NCBI GenBank assembly: GCA_004297205.1
Contig: SCUL01000002.1
Location: forward strand, 381,418 to 445,417
DNA from: Patescibacteria group bacterium
GTDB taxonomy: Bacteria; Patescibacteriota; Patescibacteriia; 2-12-FULL-57-11
Reading direction: 5' to 3'
DNA: 64,000 nucleotides
Shown here: positions 48,948-58,376 of the stretch, one piece after another
Layout: each line of letters starts with the position of its first letter
How positions within the stretch are numbered: position 1 is the first letter of the stretch
The notes under the pieces: generated by a model
Told to the model about the DNA's origin: nothing
Database searches by the model: none
The model's input: only the letters and a program-made list of their open reading frames with translations
Made by a program: the position numbers and the translations under genes

Positions 48948-49877
48948 TCAGTGCGCTTCGCTTTCCAAAAATTTCTCGGCGTCGAGCGCGGCCATGCAGC
49001 CGGTGCCCGCCGCGGTCACGGCCTGGCGATAGCGGAAGTCGGCGACGTCGCCGCCGGCGAAGACGCCGGGCACCGACGTGGCGCTCGTGCCGTTCTTGGT
49101 CACGACGTAGCCCTTGGCGTCCAGTTCGATCTGGCCGGCGAACAGCTTGGTCGTCGGCTCATGGCCGATGGCCGAAAACACGCCGTCCGTTTTCATCTCC
49201 GACGCTTCCCCGGTCGCGGTATTCCTGAGCTTCACGCCGGTGACGTGTCCGACGTCGGCGCCCAGGATGTCCGTGATCTCCGTGTTCCAGAGGAACGCGA
49301 CTTTGGGATTGTTCACGGCGCGCTCCTGCATGATCTTCGAGGCGCGCAGCGCGTCGCGGCGCACCACGACCGTGACCTTGGTGGCGAAACGCGTCAGGAA
49401 ATTCGCCTCCTCCATGGCCGCGTCGCCGCCGCCCACGACGATGACCTCCTTGCCTTTGAAGAAGAAGCCGTCGCAGGTGGCGCAGGCCGAGACGCCTTTG
49501 CCGTAGAGCGCCTTTTCGCTGTCGAGGCCGAGCCGCTTGGCCGAGGCGCCGGTCGCGATGATGACGGTCTTCGCCGTGAAGTCTCCGGACGGCGCGCTGA
49601 CGCGGAAGGGACGCGCCGAAAAGTCGACGGCCGTCACGGCCTCGTCCACGATGCGCGTCCCGAAGCGTTCGGCCTGGGCGCGCATGGCGGCGACGAGCTC
49701 GGGACCCTGGATGCCGTTCGGAAACCCCGGAAAGTTTTCGACGTCCGTCGTCGTCGTCAGCTGACCGCCGGGTTCCTGCCCGGAAAAAAGCAGCGGCGCC
49801 AAGTTGGCGCGCGCGGCGTAGACCGCCGCGGTGTAGCCCGCGGGACCGGAGCCGATGATGATCACCTGTTCTGCCAT
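48948..49877 (-). CDS. trxB: Thioredoxin reductase
   Basis: Trimmed to [23 protein letters not shown]. Redox-active CATC ([10 protein letters not shown]) and a second nucleotide-binding motif. Confidence 0.93.
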   Translation of the reverse strand: MAEQVIIIGSGPAGYTAAVYAARANLAPLLFSGQEPGGQLTTTTDVENFPGFPNGIQGPELVAAMRAQAERFGTRIVDEAVTAVDFSARPFRVSAPSGDFTAKTVIIATGASAKRLGLDSEKALYGKGVSACATCDGFFFKGKEVIVVGGGDAAMEEANFLTRFATKVTVVVRRDALRASKIMQERAVNNPKVAFLWNTEITDILGADVGHVTGVKLRNTATGEASEMKTDGVFSAIGHEPTTKLFAGQIELDAKGYVVTKNGTSATSVPGVFAGGDVADFRYRQAVTAAGTGCMAALDAEKFLESEAH

Positions 49878-49929
49878 AGAACGCGGACGCGGACGGGGCG
49901 ACCCGTCCGCGGAAAAAAGCACAAACGAA

Positions 49930-50250
49930 TTACCCGAACGCCGCGAGCTTCTCCCGGAGCGCTGCTTCCTGCTGGACGCCGACCATCTGTTCGACCGCCT
50001 GGCCGCCCTTGTAGATGATGAGCGTCGGAATCGACATGACGCCGTACTTCTGCGCCGTCACCGGATTTTCGTCGACGTTCAGCTTGGCGACCTTGACCTT
50101 GCCGGCGAACTCCCCGGCCAGCTTCTCGACGATCGGCCCGATGATGCGGCACGGACCGCACCACGGCGCCCAAAAATCCACGAGCACGGGTTCCGACGCC
50201 TGGAGCACTTCCTTCTCAAACGTCGCGTCGGTGGCGATCACTTCGGACAT
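49930..50250 (-). CDS. trxA: Thioredoxin
   Basis: Trimmed to MSEVIATD... Contains WAPWCGPC. Confidence 0.95.
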   Translation of the reverse strand: MSEVIATDATFEKEVLQASEPVLVDFWAPWCGPCRIIGPIVEKLAGEFAGKVKVAKLNVDENPVTAQKYGVMSIPTLIIYKGGQAVEQMVGVQQEAALREKLAAFG

Positions 50251-50254
50251 ACGT

Positions 50255-52258
50255 CTATTTGGGTTTATCGAAGACGATCTTGCGGGTCTTCTTTTCCTCT
50301 TTATAGAAGAGCATCGAGTCCCCTTCCGCAAGGGGCGCGGAGGTCTTCACCTTCATGCCGCCTTCGGAACCCATGCGCAGCTCCGGCACTTCCTGCTTGC
50401 CGCTCTGCACCGTCTTGACCTCGCCCTTGGCGAGCGGCTCGCCGCCGCGGCGCGCCTCGAAGGAGAGCCCCTTCACGATGCGGCCGTCCTCGACGCGGCC
50501 GCCGACGATCTGCTCGTCGCGCTCGGTGCGGAAGATCTTCAGGATCAAGAGCCGGCCGAAGTCGGTGCGGACGACCTCCGGGGTCAGCATGCCCTCGAGC
50601 TGGGCGGTCAGGTCGTTGAACAGGTCGTAGATGATCTTGTAGGTCTTCACGGAAACGCCCTTCTCGCGGGCGAGTTCGGCCACCGGCGGCGGCACGAGCA
50701 CGCTGAAGCCGACGACATGGGCGCCCGTCGCTTCGGCGCGCAGCACGTCCGCCTCCGTGATGTTGCCGAGGCCCTTGGAGACGACGTTCAGCCCCACCTC
50801 GGGATGCGAGAACTTTTCGAAGGACACGAGGATCGCCTCGAGCGAGCCGAGCACGTCGGCCTTGATGATGAGCGGCACGAGCTTCTTTTCCTCCGCCTCT
50901 TCCTGAGACGCCTTCTCGACCGTGGCGATCTTCTCGCCGGTGGCGCGCAGCTCGCGCACCCGCTCCAGCTTCTTCCCCGCCTCCGGCACTTCGACGACGT
51001 CACCGACCTGCGGCGCCACGCGGAAGCCGAGGATGCGGACCGGCGTTCCCGGCGGCGCCGAGTCGACGTTCTCGCCGCGGTAGTTCTTCATGGCGCGGAC
51101 CTTGCCGTACGAGTCGCTGCCGATGGCCAGTTCTTCGTTGCGCTTGAGGGTGCCGTTCTGGACGAGCAGCGTGGCCACGACGCCTTCGCCGGGGTTGACG
51201 TGCGACTCGATGACCGTGCCCTGGGCGCGGCGGTTGGGGTTGGCCCGGATCTCGTCGGCTTTGACGTCGGCGACGAGCAGGATCAGTTCCAGAAGTTTGT
51301 CGATGTTCAATCCAGTCTTCGCGGAAATCGGCTGCATCGGAATGTTGCCGCCCCACTCCTCCGGCAGCACGTTCAATTCGGAAAGTTCGCGCTTGACGCG
51401 CTCCGGGTCGGCCTCCGGTTTGTCGACCTTGTTGATGGCCACGACGAACGGGAGTTTGGCCGCTTCGATGATCTTGATGGCTTCCTTGGTCTGCGGCTGG
51501 ACGCCGTCGTCGGCGGCGACGACGAGAATGGCGATGTCGGCGATCTTGGCGCCGCGGGAGCGCATGGCCGTGAACGCTTCGTGGCCCGGCGTGTCGATGA
51601 AGGTGATGAGACGCCCGTTCTTCTGGGTCTGGTAGGCGCCGATGTGCTGGGTGATGCCGCCCGCTTCTCCGGCGGCGACGTCGGCCGAGCGGATGGTGTC
51701 GAGCAGTTTCGTTTTGCCGTGGTCGACGTGGCCCATCACGACGATGACCGGCGGACGCGCCACGAGCGAGCCCTTGGCTTCGGCGCCGACCGCTTCCTTG
51801 ATGATGTCGCCGGTCGACAAGACTTCGGCCGGCTGGTCCCCTTCGGCCAGCGGGCTCACCTGGAAGCCCAAATCCTCGGCCACGATCGAGGCCGTATCGT
51901 AGTCGACGCGCTCGTTCAAGGACGCCAGAATGCCGTTCTTCATGAATTCCTGGATGACGCGGGTCACCGGCAGGCCCAGGCGCGTGGCGAAGTCGCGCAC
52001 TGTGATGACGGGCGGGAGCTGCACCGGTCCGCGCTCCGTGGCCAGCTTCTTGAGTTCGGCGGCGGCCGCTTCCTTGGCGGCGGCGCGCTTCTTCTCCAGC
52101 AGCTGGGCGATCTGCGGCCAGGACTCCATGACCTTCTTGGCGGTGCGGTCGTCGATCTTGATGGCGCGCCGTCCCACGTCGAAGCCGGCGTCGGGCAGAA
52201 TGCCGCGCAGGTCCTCGGGCGTGACGCGCAATTTGCGGGCCAGTTCGGTGACGTTCAT
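50255..52258 (-). CDS. infB: Translation initiation factor IF-2 (short form)
   Basis: 667 aa. G-domain ([17 protein letters not shown]) and the C-terminal beta-barrel domains. Confidence 0.95.
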   Translation of the reverse strand: MNVTELARKLRVTPEDLRGILPDAGFDVGRRAIKIDDRTAKKVMESWPQIAQLLEKKRAAAKEAAAAELKKLATERGPVQLPPVITVRDFATRLGLPVTRVIQEFMKNGILASLNERVDYDTASIVAEDLGFQVSPLAEGDQPAEVLSTGDIIKEAVGAEAKGSLVARPPVIVVMGHVDHGKTKLLDTIRSADVAAGEAGGITQHIGAYQTQKNGRLITFIDTPGHEAFTAMRSRGAKIADIAILVVAADDGVQPQTKEAIKIIEAAKLPFVVAINKVDKPEADPERVKRELSELNVLPEEWGGNIPMQPISAKTGLNIDKLLELILLVADVKADEIRANPNRRAQGTVIESHVNPGEGVVATLLVQNGTLKRNEELAIGSDSYGKVRAMKNYRGENVDSAPPGTPVRILGFRVAPQVGDVVEVPEAGKKLERVRELRATGEKIATVEKASQEEAEEKKLVPLIIKADVLGSLEAILVSFEKFSHPEVGLNVVSKGLGNITEADVLRAEATGAHVVGFSVLVPPPVAELAREKGVSVKTYKIIYDLFNDLTAQLEGMLTPEVVRTDFGRLLILKIFRTERDEQIVGGRVEDGRIVKGLSFEARRGGEPLAKGEVKTVQSGKQEVPELRMGSEGGMKVKTSAPLAEGDSMLFYKEEKKTRKIVFDKPK

Positions 52259-52270
52259 GCGTGGGCCACT

Positions 52271-53344
52271 CTACCCGCGCAGACGAGTAACGTCAACGTG
52301 CCGCTCCCAGACCTTATGTCGTAGGGTCCGGGACAAGAATTGGGCATCGGCGTGGACGCACAATCCCATATAAGAACTGAGGTTTTCGATGGTGGCGCGG
52401 CGCAGCATCCGTTTCGCCGTTTTCGTCCGAAGCACCGTCGCGTGCGGCAAAAGCACGTATCCGACGAAGTCGATGCCTTGCGTCCATGTGCGGACGACGA
52501 CCTTCCCGGGATGCAAGGTGAGCTTCAATCGTTCGGATAGGAAGCTGTTGATGCGCGTCGCCTTTGCCTGCGCATCCGCTGGGGATGCCGCGAGAGACAC
52601 GAAGTCGTCGCAGTAGCGCAGGTAGTGGCGGAGTCGGAGCTCGTGTTTCACGAAGCGGTCGAGTTCGTGGAGGTAGACGTTGGCGAACAGCTGCGACGTG
52701 AGATTGCCGAGCGGAATCCCTTTTCCGGGAGCATCCGAAAAACTGCCGATGATGTTCCCGAGAAGTCGAAGGATGCGCTCGTCGCCGATCCGCAGACGCA
52801 GCAAGTCTGCAAGAATGCCGTGGTCGACGGACGCAAAGAACTTCCGGATGTCGCACGTGAGGGCGTAGACGGTCCGCGTATTGTTGAAACTGGCTTGCCG
52901 GAGAAATGTACGCAACCGAGCTACGGCGGCGTGCGTCCCCTTTCCGACACGGCAGGAGTAACTGTCAAAGATGAAACGCGGCTCAAAAAGCGGATCGATC
53001 ACGTTCATGGCCGCCTGGTGCACGACGCGGTCGCGGACGTTCGCCTTGTGGATCGAGCGCTGCTTGGGGTCGAAGACGGTGAACGGATGATACGGACCGT
53101 GCGTGAAACGGCCGTTCGCGAGATCGTCGTGCAACAAAAAGAGATTGTCCTCAAGGTGCCGCTCGAATACCATGACGTCATGGCGAGAGCGTTTGCCTTT
53201 CCGGAACCGTTCCCAGGCAAGGAACAGATTCTCAAGCGAGCACAGCCGCTCAAACAATCCTTGTTCTCCATGAGTTACCCCCCCCCGACGCAAATTTGAA
53301 CCGCAGAACCAGTTGCCGGGCGGCCCGACGGACATTCCGATCAT
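52271..53344 (-). CDS. DGR reverse transcriptase
   Basis: 357-aa ORF with RT motifs 1-7. Motif 4 reads GIPLGNLTSQLFANVYL: the [IL]GxxxSQ signature of DGR RTs, in place of the QGxxxSP found in group II intron RTs. The catalytic YCDD and FFASVDH motifs are present. N-terminal LFERLCSLENLFLAWERFRKGKR is typical of DGR RTs. The exact start is uncertain because the most upstream start overlaps avd on the opposite strand. Confidence 0.9.
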   Translation of the reverse strand: MIGMSVGPPGNWFCGSNLRRGGVTHGEQGLFERLCSLENLFLAWERFRKGKRSRHDVMVFERHLEDNLFLLHDDLANGRFTHGPYHPFTVFDPKQRSIHKANVRDRVVHQAAMNVIDPLFEPRFIFDSYSCRVGKGTHAAVARLRTFLRQASFNNTRTVYALTCDIRKFFASVDHGILADLLRLRIGDERILRLLGNIIGSFSDAPGKGIPLGNLTSQLFANVYLHELDRFVKHELRLRHYLRYCDDFVSLAASPADAQAKATRINSFLSERLKLTLHPGKVVVRTWTQGIDFVGYVLLPHATVLRTKTAKRMLRRATIENLSSYMGLCVHADAQFLSRTLRHKVWERHVDVTRLRG

Positions 53345-53666
53345 CCATACACTCTACGACGCTTATACGGCGTGGCATCATCTCCTGTTGAAGTTTCCCA
53401 AGTCGCAACGCTACACCCTCGGTGAGACCTGTGACCGGCAGCTATTGCAGACGCTCGAGCTGGTCCTCGGTGCGGCATCCGTCCGAGAGCCGGACACGAA
53501 GCTGGATCGTCTGCGCGAAGCAAGCGCAAAAGTCGACATCCTCAAGCTGCTGATCCGCTTGTCGAAGGATTGTTCTTGCACCTCCAACCAACAATACCTC
53601 GACATGCAATCCCGGCTCCAGGAGGTCGGCAAGATGCTCGGCGGTTGGATGAAATCCATTTTCTGA
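53313..53666 (+). CDS. avd: DGR accessory variability determinant (Avd; four-helix-bundle family)
   Basis: 117 aa. Contains FPKSQRYTLGETCDRQLLQTLELVLGA and C-terminal QEVGKMLGGWMKS, which closely parallels the Bordetella-phage bAvd QVETAQVLIAEVGRILGSWIARV. It is on the strand opposite to the RT, TR and target gene. The apparent start is TTG. Confidence 0.8.
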   Translation: MPGGPTDIPIIHTLYDAYTAWHHLLLKFPKSQRYTLGETCDRQLLQTLELVLGAASVREPDTKLDRLREASAKVDILKLLIRLSKDCSCTSNQQYLDMQSRLQEVGKMLGGWMKSIF

Positions 53667-53704
53667 ATCAAAGGCCCGGCCGAAGCCGGGCCTTTGCTAC
53701 GAGA

Positions 53705-53840
53705 ACTCCCGCAGGGCGGGAACCGAGTAGTTCGAGTTGTCGTTGCTGTGCCAGTTGGCGTTCAACTTCACCTGCTCGTTGTCGGAGTTGAAGTTGACGT
53801 ACGGCACGTTCTGCCAATCCACCTCGTCCTTATCGGGAAC
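53705..53840 (-). repeat. DGR template repeat (TR), 136 bp
   Basis: Identical to the VR at 121/136 positions. All 15 differences are adenines in the TR (minus sense). In its reading frame the TR is dense in AAC (Asn) codons (NFNSDNEQVKLNANWHSNDNSNY). Embedded in an 81-codon remnant ORF (53697..53942). Confidence 0.93.
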
Positions 53841-54115
53841 CGTCCAAAAGTACGTCCGTGCCTTCCAGACCACCGGACACGGACGCATCCATGTCCTGTA
53901 TTTTATGCGGAATCCAATGGGTTGATCCCCGATTCCAAGCACAGACGCGGAGTACTCATCGGCCGCGGCGCACGCTCCGACGATTCATCGACCGTCGGAC
54001 TCTGGCGTCATATGCGGCGATAAGGGATTTCGGCGACCGACGTCCCTGCCTGCAGGCAGGCGGGCGTGAACGACGATACATGAGCCTAGTCTCCATGCCG
54101 ATCATAACAAAAAAA

Positions 54116-54180
54116 GAACGGGGCTCCCACACGCCAAGGTCCGAAGACCAAGTTGTGTGAAAGCCCCAAGGGACCAAGTA
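54116..54180 (-). terminator. Compound hairpin + U-tract immediately downstream of VR/target gene
   Basis: In minus sense: an outer stem GGGGCUUUCACAC/GUGUGGGAGCCCC encloses the GGUC-UUCG-GACC tetraloop hairpin, followed by guucuuuuuuu. This is the position where DGRs carry the target-recognition hairpin. Confidence 0.6.
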
Positions 54181-54190
54181 TCAAGTCCCT

Positions 54191-55039
54191 TCACTCCCGC
54201 AGGGCGGGAACCGAGTAGTTCGAGCTGCCGTTGCTGTGCCAGTCGGCGCTCAACAACACCCGCTCGCGGCCGGAGTCGAAGCTGACGTACGGCACGTCCT
54301 GCCAATCCACCTCGTCCTCAGCGGGAACGTTGATCTCGTACCCGGCCGCGAACATGCCGGGGACCTCGTCGTAGTCGATGGCCCGGACGATCTCCGGGAA
54401 CATCCACGCGACGACGAGCATCTCGTCGGCCGGCGACGACTTCTTGCTCCGGACGCGCTCGATGCTCGGCCGCTTGCGGTGGGCGTCGAGGTCGAGCACG
54501 ACCCACTCGACGACGGGCTTGTGCGAGTCGTTGCCCGCGAGGAGCCGGAGGCGCTCGACGGGATCGCTCCCGAAGCGCTTCTGGAGCTTCGCGTCGTTGC
54601 CCGTGTAGGGCGACGGGGCGGAGCGCAGATGCTCCCAGCGCCAGAACTTCGCGCTGGTGAAGACGCGCCGGATCTCGCTAGCGTGGGCCTCGAAGGTCTT
54701 TTGGACCCCCGGGGTTCCCTCGCCGATGCGGATTCGGAGCGAGCGCACGCAGAGGGCTCCCTCTGGCCACTCGGGCGCGCTCTGGGCGAGCTTCTCGAAG
54801 ACCTCGTCTCCGAAGCCCCAGCCGCCCGCCTCGCTCGCCGCCTTGAAGCGGCTGAGCTGCTCGTCGACCGAGAGGATGAAGGCGTTGACCTCCGGCGCCT
54901 CGAGCGTCTCGCGCATCTTCGCGGCGAGACGCGGGTCGCCATTCACCCGGCGGATCAGCTCGGCGCTGAACCCCGCCTTGTGGATGACCCGCTTGAACTC
55001 ATCGAACTCACCGACTCCCAGATCGAAAAGGCTGGCCAT
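54191..55039 (-). CDS. DGR target protein (variable protein), cytoplasmic, unknown fold
   Basis: ORF 54191..55150 trimmed to MASLFDLG..., preceded by AGGAGGG (282 aa). No signal peptide or TM segment. The C-terminal 45 aa are encoded by the VR. The C-type lectin/FGE-type RGGSW...GFR pattern is absent. Confidence 0.75.
   Translation of the reverse strand: MASLFDLGVGEFDEFKRVIHKAGFSAELIRRVNGDPRLAAKMRETLEAPEVNAFILSVDEQLSRFKAASEAGGWGFGDEVFEKLAQSAPEWPEGALCVRSLRIRIGEGTPGVQKTFEAHASEIRRVFTSAKFWRWEHLRSAPSPYTGNDAKLQKRFGSDPVERLRLLAGNDSHKPVVEWVVLDLDAHRKRPSIERVRSKKSSPADEMLVVAWMFPEIVRAIDYDEVPGMFAAGYEINVPAEDEVDWQDVPYVSFDSGRERVLLSADWHSNGSSNYSVPALRE
54193..54328 (-). repeat. DGR variable repeat (VR), 136 bp, at 3' end of target gene
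   Basis: See the TR entry. It encodes ...VPAEDEVDWQDVPYVSFDSGRERVLLSADWHSNGSSNYSVPALRE-stop. The 3'-terminal ~20 nt (ggttcccgccctgcgggag) are identical in TR and VR, making them a candidate IMH. Confidence 0.93.
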
Positions 55040-55191
55040 GTGGCACACCCTCCTATGCCGCTCGGCTGACCGCATCCGGGAACCGCCCCGGAATTGGCTC
55101 ACCTCCAAAAAGCGACGATGAAACATATCATAAAAATCTGTGATTGTCAAGCATCGAAAGGCGATCCTAAAGGTGCTATGCTATCTGCCCC

Positions 55192-55929
55192 ATGCAGGCT
55201 GCTCCCTCCGGATTCCTGGCCATCGACAAGCCCGCGGACTGGACGTCGCACGACGTCGTGGCCAAGCTCCGACGCATCACCGGCGTGAAGACGATCGGAC
55301 ACGCCGGCACGCTCGACCCCTTCGCCACGGGGCTGCTCATCGTCGGCGTCGGACGCGCGGCCACCAAGCGCCTCTCCGAGTTCCAAAAACAGGAAAAAGA
55401 ATACCTGGCCACGGCCCGCTTCGACGGGTCGAGCGACACGGATGACGTCACAGGAACCGTCACGCTGGCCGCGGGTGACGCGGAGCCAGGGCTCCCGACG
55501 GCGCGCAGCGAAGCGAGCACCGGCGGGATGGCTGAGCGGCAGGACCCGCGGCCGCGTGTCATCGAGGCATTCGCAGCGGAGGTCGGCACGCGGATGCAGA
55601 CGCCGCCTGCCTACTCGGCAAAAAAGATCGGCGGCAAAAAGATGTACGACTTGGCGCGCGCCGGAACCCCGGTCGAAGCCAAGCCTGCCGAGATCACCAT
55701 CCGCGACATCACGGTCACACGCGTCGCCTGGCCGGAGGTGGACTTCCGGATCGTCTGTTCGACGGGCACCTACGTACGCGCCGTGGCCCGGGATGTCGGC
55801 AAACGCCTCGGTGCCGGCGGCTACCTGACCGCCTTGCGCCGCACACGGAGCGGCGACAAAAACGTTTCGGATGCAGTGCCTCTTGAACAGCTCGCGCCCG
55901 GCACGTGGAAAACCTATCTATGGAAATAA
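55192..55929 (+). CDS. truB: tRNA pseudouridine(55) synthase TruB
   Basis: 245 aa. Contains [22 protein letters not shown]...[14 protein letters not shown] (catalytic Asp). Confidence 0.93.
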   Translation: MQAAPSGFLAIDKPADWTSHDVVAKLRRITGVKTIGHAGTLDPFATGLLIVGVGRAATKRLSEFQKQEKEYLATARFDGSSDTDDVTGTVTLAAGDAEPGLPTARSEASTGGMAERQDPRPRVIEAFAAEVGTRMQTPPAYSAKKIGGKKMYDLARAGTPVEAKPAEITIRDITVTRVAWPEVDFRIVCSTGTYVRAVARDVGKRLGAGGYLTALRRTRSGDKNVSDAVPLEQLAPGTWKTYLWK

Positions 55930-55995
55930 ACATCGGCTGGGTCGTCTTCGGCATCTTCGCCATGGCCGGCGTTTGGGTGTGGTACGCGACGGCAT

Positions 55996-56046
55996 AAAAA
56001 AAGCACCGCCCGGAGCATCGCACGAATGCGACGCTCACGGGCGGGT
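55996..56046 (-). terminator. Rho-independent terminator of the 700-aa gene (minus sense)
   Basis: gacCCGCCCGugagcgucgcauucgugcgaugcucCGGGCGGugcuuuuuuu. Confidence 0.65.
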
Positions 56047-56073
56047 CCGACTCGACCACGGGCGGACCGGTGA

Positions 56074-58176
56074 TCAGTCGTTATCTTCCGACGTGGTGAC
56101 CGCGGCCGGGGAAGACTCCGGCTGCGAAGGCTGGTTGCGCTCACTGAGACGACGCTCGGTCGCCGCGGCTCTCGCCTCCAGCTTGAGCTCCTCGATCCGC
56201 TGGTAGACCGGCGCGATGAGCCGCTTGACGCGGATCCGCTTCTCCTGCAGGAGACGCTCCGTGATCTCGGCGCTGGCCTTCATGCCGATCTCGATGGCCT
56301 CGATGAGGATGCGGACCGGCATGGTCCAGAGCGGCATCTCCTGGTTCGTCTTGAAGTAGTTTCCGTAGACCGTCCGGAACTCCGGCAGGTAGTCGACGGC
56401 GACCACGTCGCGGGTGCCCGGGAGCTGCGCCCTCATGTTGCGCGCCTCGGTGCCGGGATCGTCGATCTGAGCCGCGCCCTGCTGGTCGAGCCAGCGGGCG
56501 TGGCGGCGGCGGATGGCGGAAGCGACCCGGGTGAGGTCGATGCCGTTGCCCGCGAGCGTGAAGTGGTAGCTCACGATCTTGCCGTCCGGACCGCGCGTCA
56601 CGTCGCGCAGCTGGAGCGAGATCATCGCCGCCGCGTACTTATACGACGCCTCACGCGCGATGTGGTAGGACACCGCAGGACCCTTCAGGGCGCGGGCCAG
56701 CGCGAGCTGCTGCTTCCTGCTGTGGTGGGTGCGGCAGCACGGGCCGAAGCTGTTGCTGTTGCTCTCACCGATCACGAGATGGACCTTGCCGAGGAAGCCG
56801 TGGAACGGCCACCCGGCGATCGACATCTCCTGCTTGGCGAAGACGAAGGGCTTGCCGTCGTTCAACGGCCGCACCTCCGCCTTCTCCCAGTCGGCGTTGG
56901 CCTGTTCCCAGGCCGCCTGGCGCGCCGCCCGGGCCTCCTTCTCGATCTCTCTGAAGCGATCGTGGAAGGCCGTGATGCGGCTGCCGCGCTCACGCGCGTT
57001 CTGGAGGCTGGTGACGAGCAGCTGCTGCTCCTCGCCCGCCGTCATCGGCGTGCCGCTCTTGGTGGCCTCCTTCAGCAGGTAACGCACCTCGGCCGTGGCT
57101 TCCGCCTGGAGGTCCGCGTCGGTCGGGGCGCGCAGGTTGGCCAGGATCGTCTCCATGGTCAGGACCTGCTTGCGCACCGCGCGGAAGCTCTGGATGATGC
57201 TCGCGTCGTCCTGCTCGATCTCGTCCTGCTTGGCGAGCAGGAAGGCCTCCGCCGCGTCGAACGCGACGAAGAGGTAGTCGAGGATCTCCTCGGAACTCAG
57301 ACCGAGTTCGAGAAGACCATTCAGGAAGTCACGGATGTTGTACCCCTCCGCCACGCGCTCTCCGGTCAGGTCGTTATTGATGACCATCTCGAAGAGCGGC
57401 ACGAGGTGGATGAGGGCCGGGATGTACTCGATCACCGAAGTGATGAGCAGGTGGAGGGAGGACACGGTGTTGCGTCCCTTGTTCTCCTCCCGGCCGTGCT
57501 GGTCGAGGAGCCCGCCGCCTCCGCCGCAATCGACGAAGAGGTGTCCGTGGTCCTCGAGATGCCTGGCCGTCAGGAACGGCTTCGGCACGCTCTGAAGCGA
57601 GGCCGGTGCCGCCTCCGCGGTGAGCTCGCCGCTCTTCACGCACTCGATGTGGACATCGGGCGCGATGTTGAAGCGGCTGCGCAGCTCGGGCTTCCGGACG
57701 AGGAGCCAGGCCATGCAGGCCGCCTCCACGTCGATGTTGGTGTGGGGATGGAGCACCCCGATCTGCTTGACAGGCCTGTAGAAGCCCGCCCGCTGTTCGA
57801 CCATCCACTCGACATCCTTGCGGAAGACCTTGGCCATGGCCGCGATCATCTCCTGCTCGGACCGGTCGTGGATGTGGATCTCGCGCAGCAGTGCGCGCTC
57901 CTTTCCGAGCGGATCCTCCAGCTCTGCTTCGGCCTGCGCCCGCTCGTCCTCAAGCTCAGCGCTCCGCACCCGCTTGGCCTTGGACGGGCCGAACATGGCG
58001 ACCGTGATGCGGTGAGCGATACGCTCGATCGGATCGAGCGGCTTGCGGGCCGCCGGATTCTTCACCGGCGCGGCCGTCTCCGTCACCTCCGCCGTCTCCG
58101 GCGGCTGTGCCGGGACGGGCTGGATGTGGACGGACTTCGCATTCTGCGTCGTGAGACGCTCGACAAGTGCCTTCAT
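56074..58176 (-). CDS. Large hypothetical protein (700 aa), no confident family
   Basis: ORF 56074..58281 trimmed to MKALVERL..., preceded by a strong AAGGAGGAG SD. Possible weak DHH-like features (HPHTNIDVEAA...; VDCGGGGGLLDQHG), not convincing. The C-terminus is acidic. Confidence 0.5.
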   Translation of the reverse strand: MKALVERLTTQNAKSVHIQPVPAQPPETAEVTETAAPVKNPAARKPLDPIERIAHRITVAMFGPSKAKRVRSAELEDERAQAEAELEDPLGKERALLREIHIHDRSEQEMIAAMAKVFRKDVEWMVEQRAGFYRPVKQIGVLHPHTNIDVEAACMAWLLVRKPELRSRFNIAPDVHIECVKSGELTAEAAPASLQSVPKPFLTARHLEDHGHLFVDCGGGGGLLDQHGREENKGRNTVSSLHLLITSVIEYIPALIHLVPLFEMVINNDLTGERVAEGYNIRDFLNGLLELGLSSEEILDYLFVAFDAAEAFLLAKQDEIEQDDASIIQSFRAVRKQVLTMETILANLRAPTDADLQAEATAEVRYLLKEATKSGTPMTAGEEQQLLVTSLQNARERGSRITAFHDRFREIEKEARAARQAAWEQANADWEKAEVRPLNDGKPFVFAKQEMSIAGWPFHGFLGKVHLVIGESNSNSFGPCCRTHHSRKQQLALARALKGPAVSYHIAREASYKYAAAMISLQLRDVTRGPDGKIVSYHFTLAGNGIDLTRVASAIRRRHARWLDQQGAAQIDDPGTEARNMRAQLPGTRDVVAVDYLPEFRTVYGNYFKTNQEMPLWTMPVRILIEAIEIGMKASAEITERLLQEKRIRVKRLIAPVYQRIEELKLEARAAATERRLSERNQPSQPESSPAAVTTSEDND

Positions 58177-58253
58177 GGGACACTCCTCCTTGCTCCTTGC
58201 GGAGCGCATGGCCTTTCGGCCCAGATCACTCAAACACAGGCCCCATCCACCAT

Positions 58254-58306
58254 GGCGGGCCACGAACCCTGGAAACCGCAAAGATTCCCACGGTTCGTGA
58301 CCCGCC
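58254..58306 (-). promoter_or_regulatory. Long hairpin in the 5' UTR of the 700-aa gene
   Basis: In minus sense: GGCGGGUCACGAACC-(23 nt)-GGUUCGUGGCCCGCC, a 15-bp stem with one G-U pair. Flanked by two further small hairpins (CCUUGA-AAAU-UCAAGG; GGCC-GAAA-GGCC) in a ~200-nt leader. Confidence 0.5.
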
Positions 58307-58376
58307 GTCTTTTCCTTGAATTTTCAAGGTTCCAGGCCTTCCCCAGTTGGCACGACTGGCCATTGAGAAGACATGT

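Larger units (their letters stand above)
52271..55039 (-). mobile_element. Diversity-generating retroelement (DGR) cassette: RT, inverted avd, TR, VR-bearing target gene
   Basis: The components are co-localised as listed below, with adenine-specific TR/VR mismatches. The cassette is inserted between infB and truB. Confidence 0.9.

Noticed and set aside
53694-54023. Plus-strand ORFs (109 aa, 62 aa) over the TR region
   Set aside because: Overlap the TR on the wrong strand. The TR functions as an RNA template, and only the minus-sense frame shows the AAC-codon pattern.
58177-58281. 35-codon N-terminal extension of the 700-aa ORF
   Set aside because: The upstream start lies inside the 15-bp leader hairpin and lacks an SD. 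The ATG at 58176 has a strong AAGGAGGAG SD.
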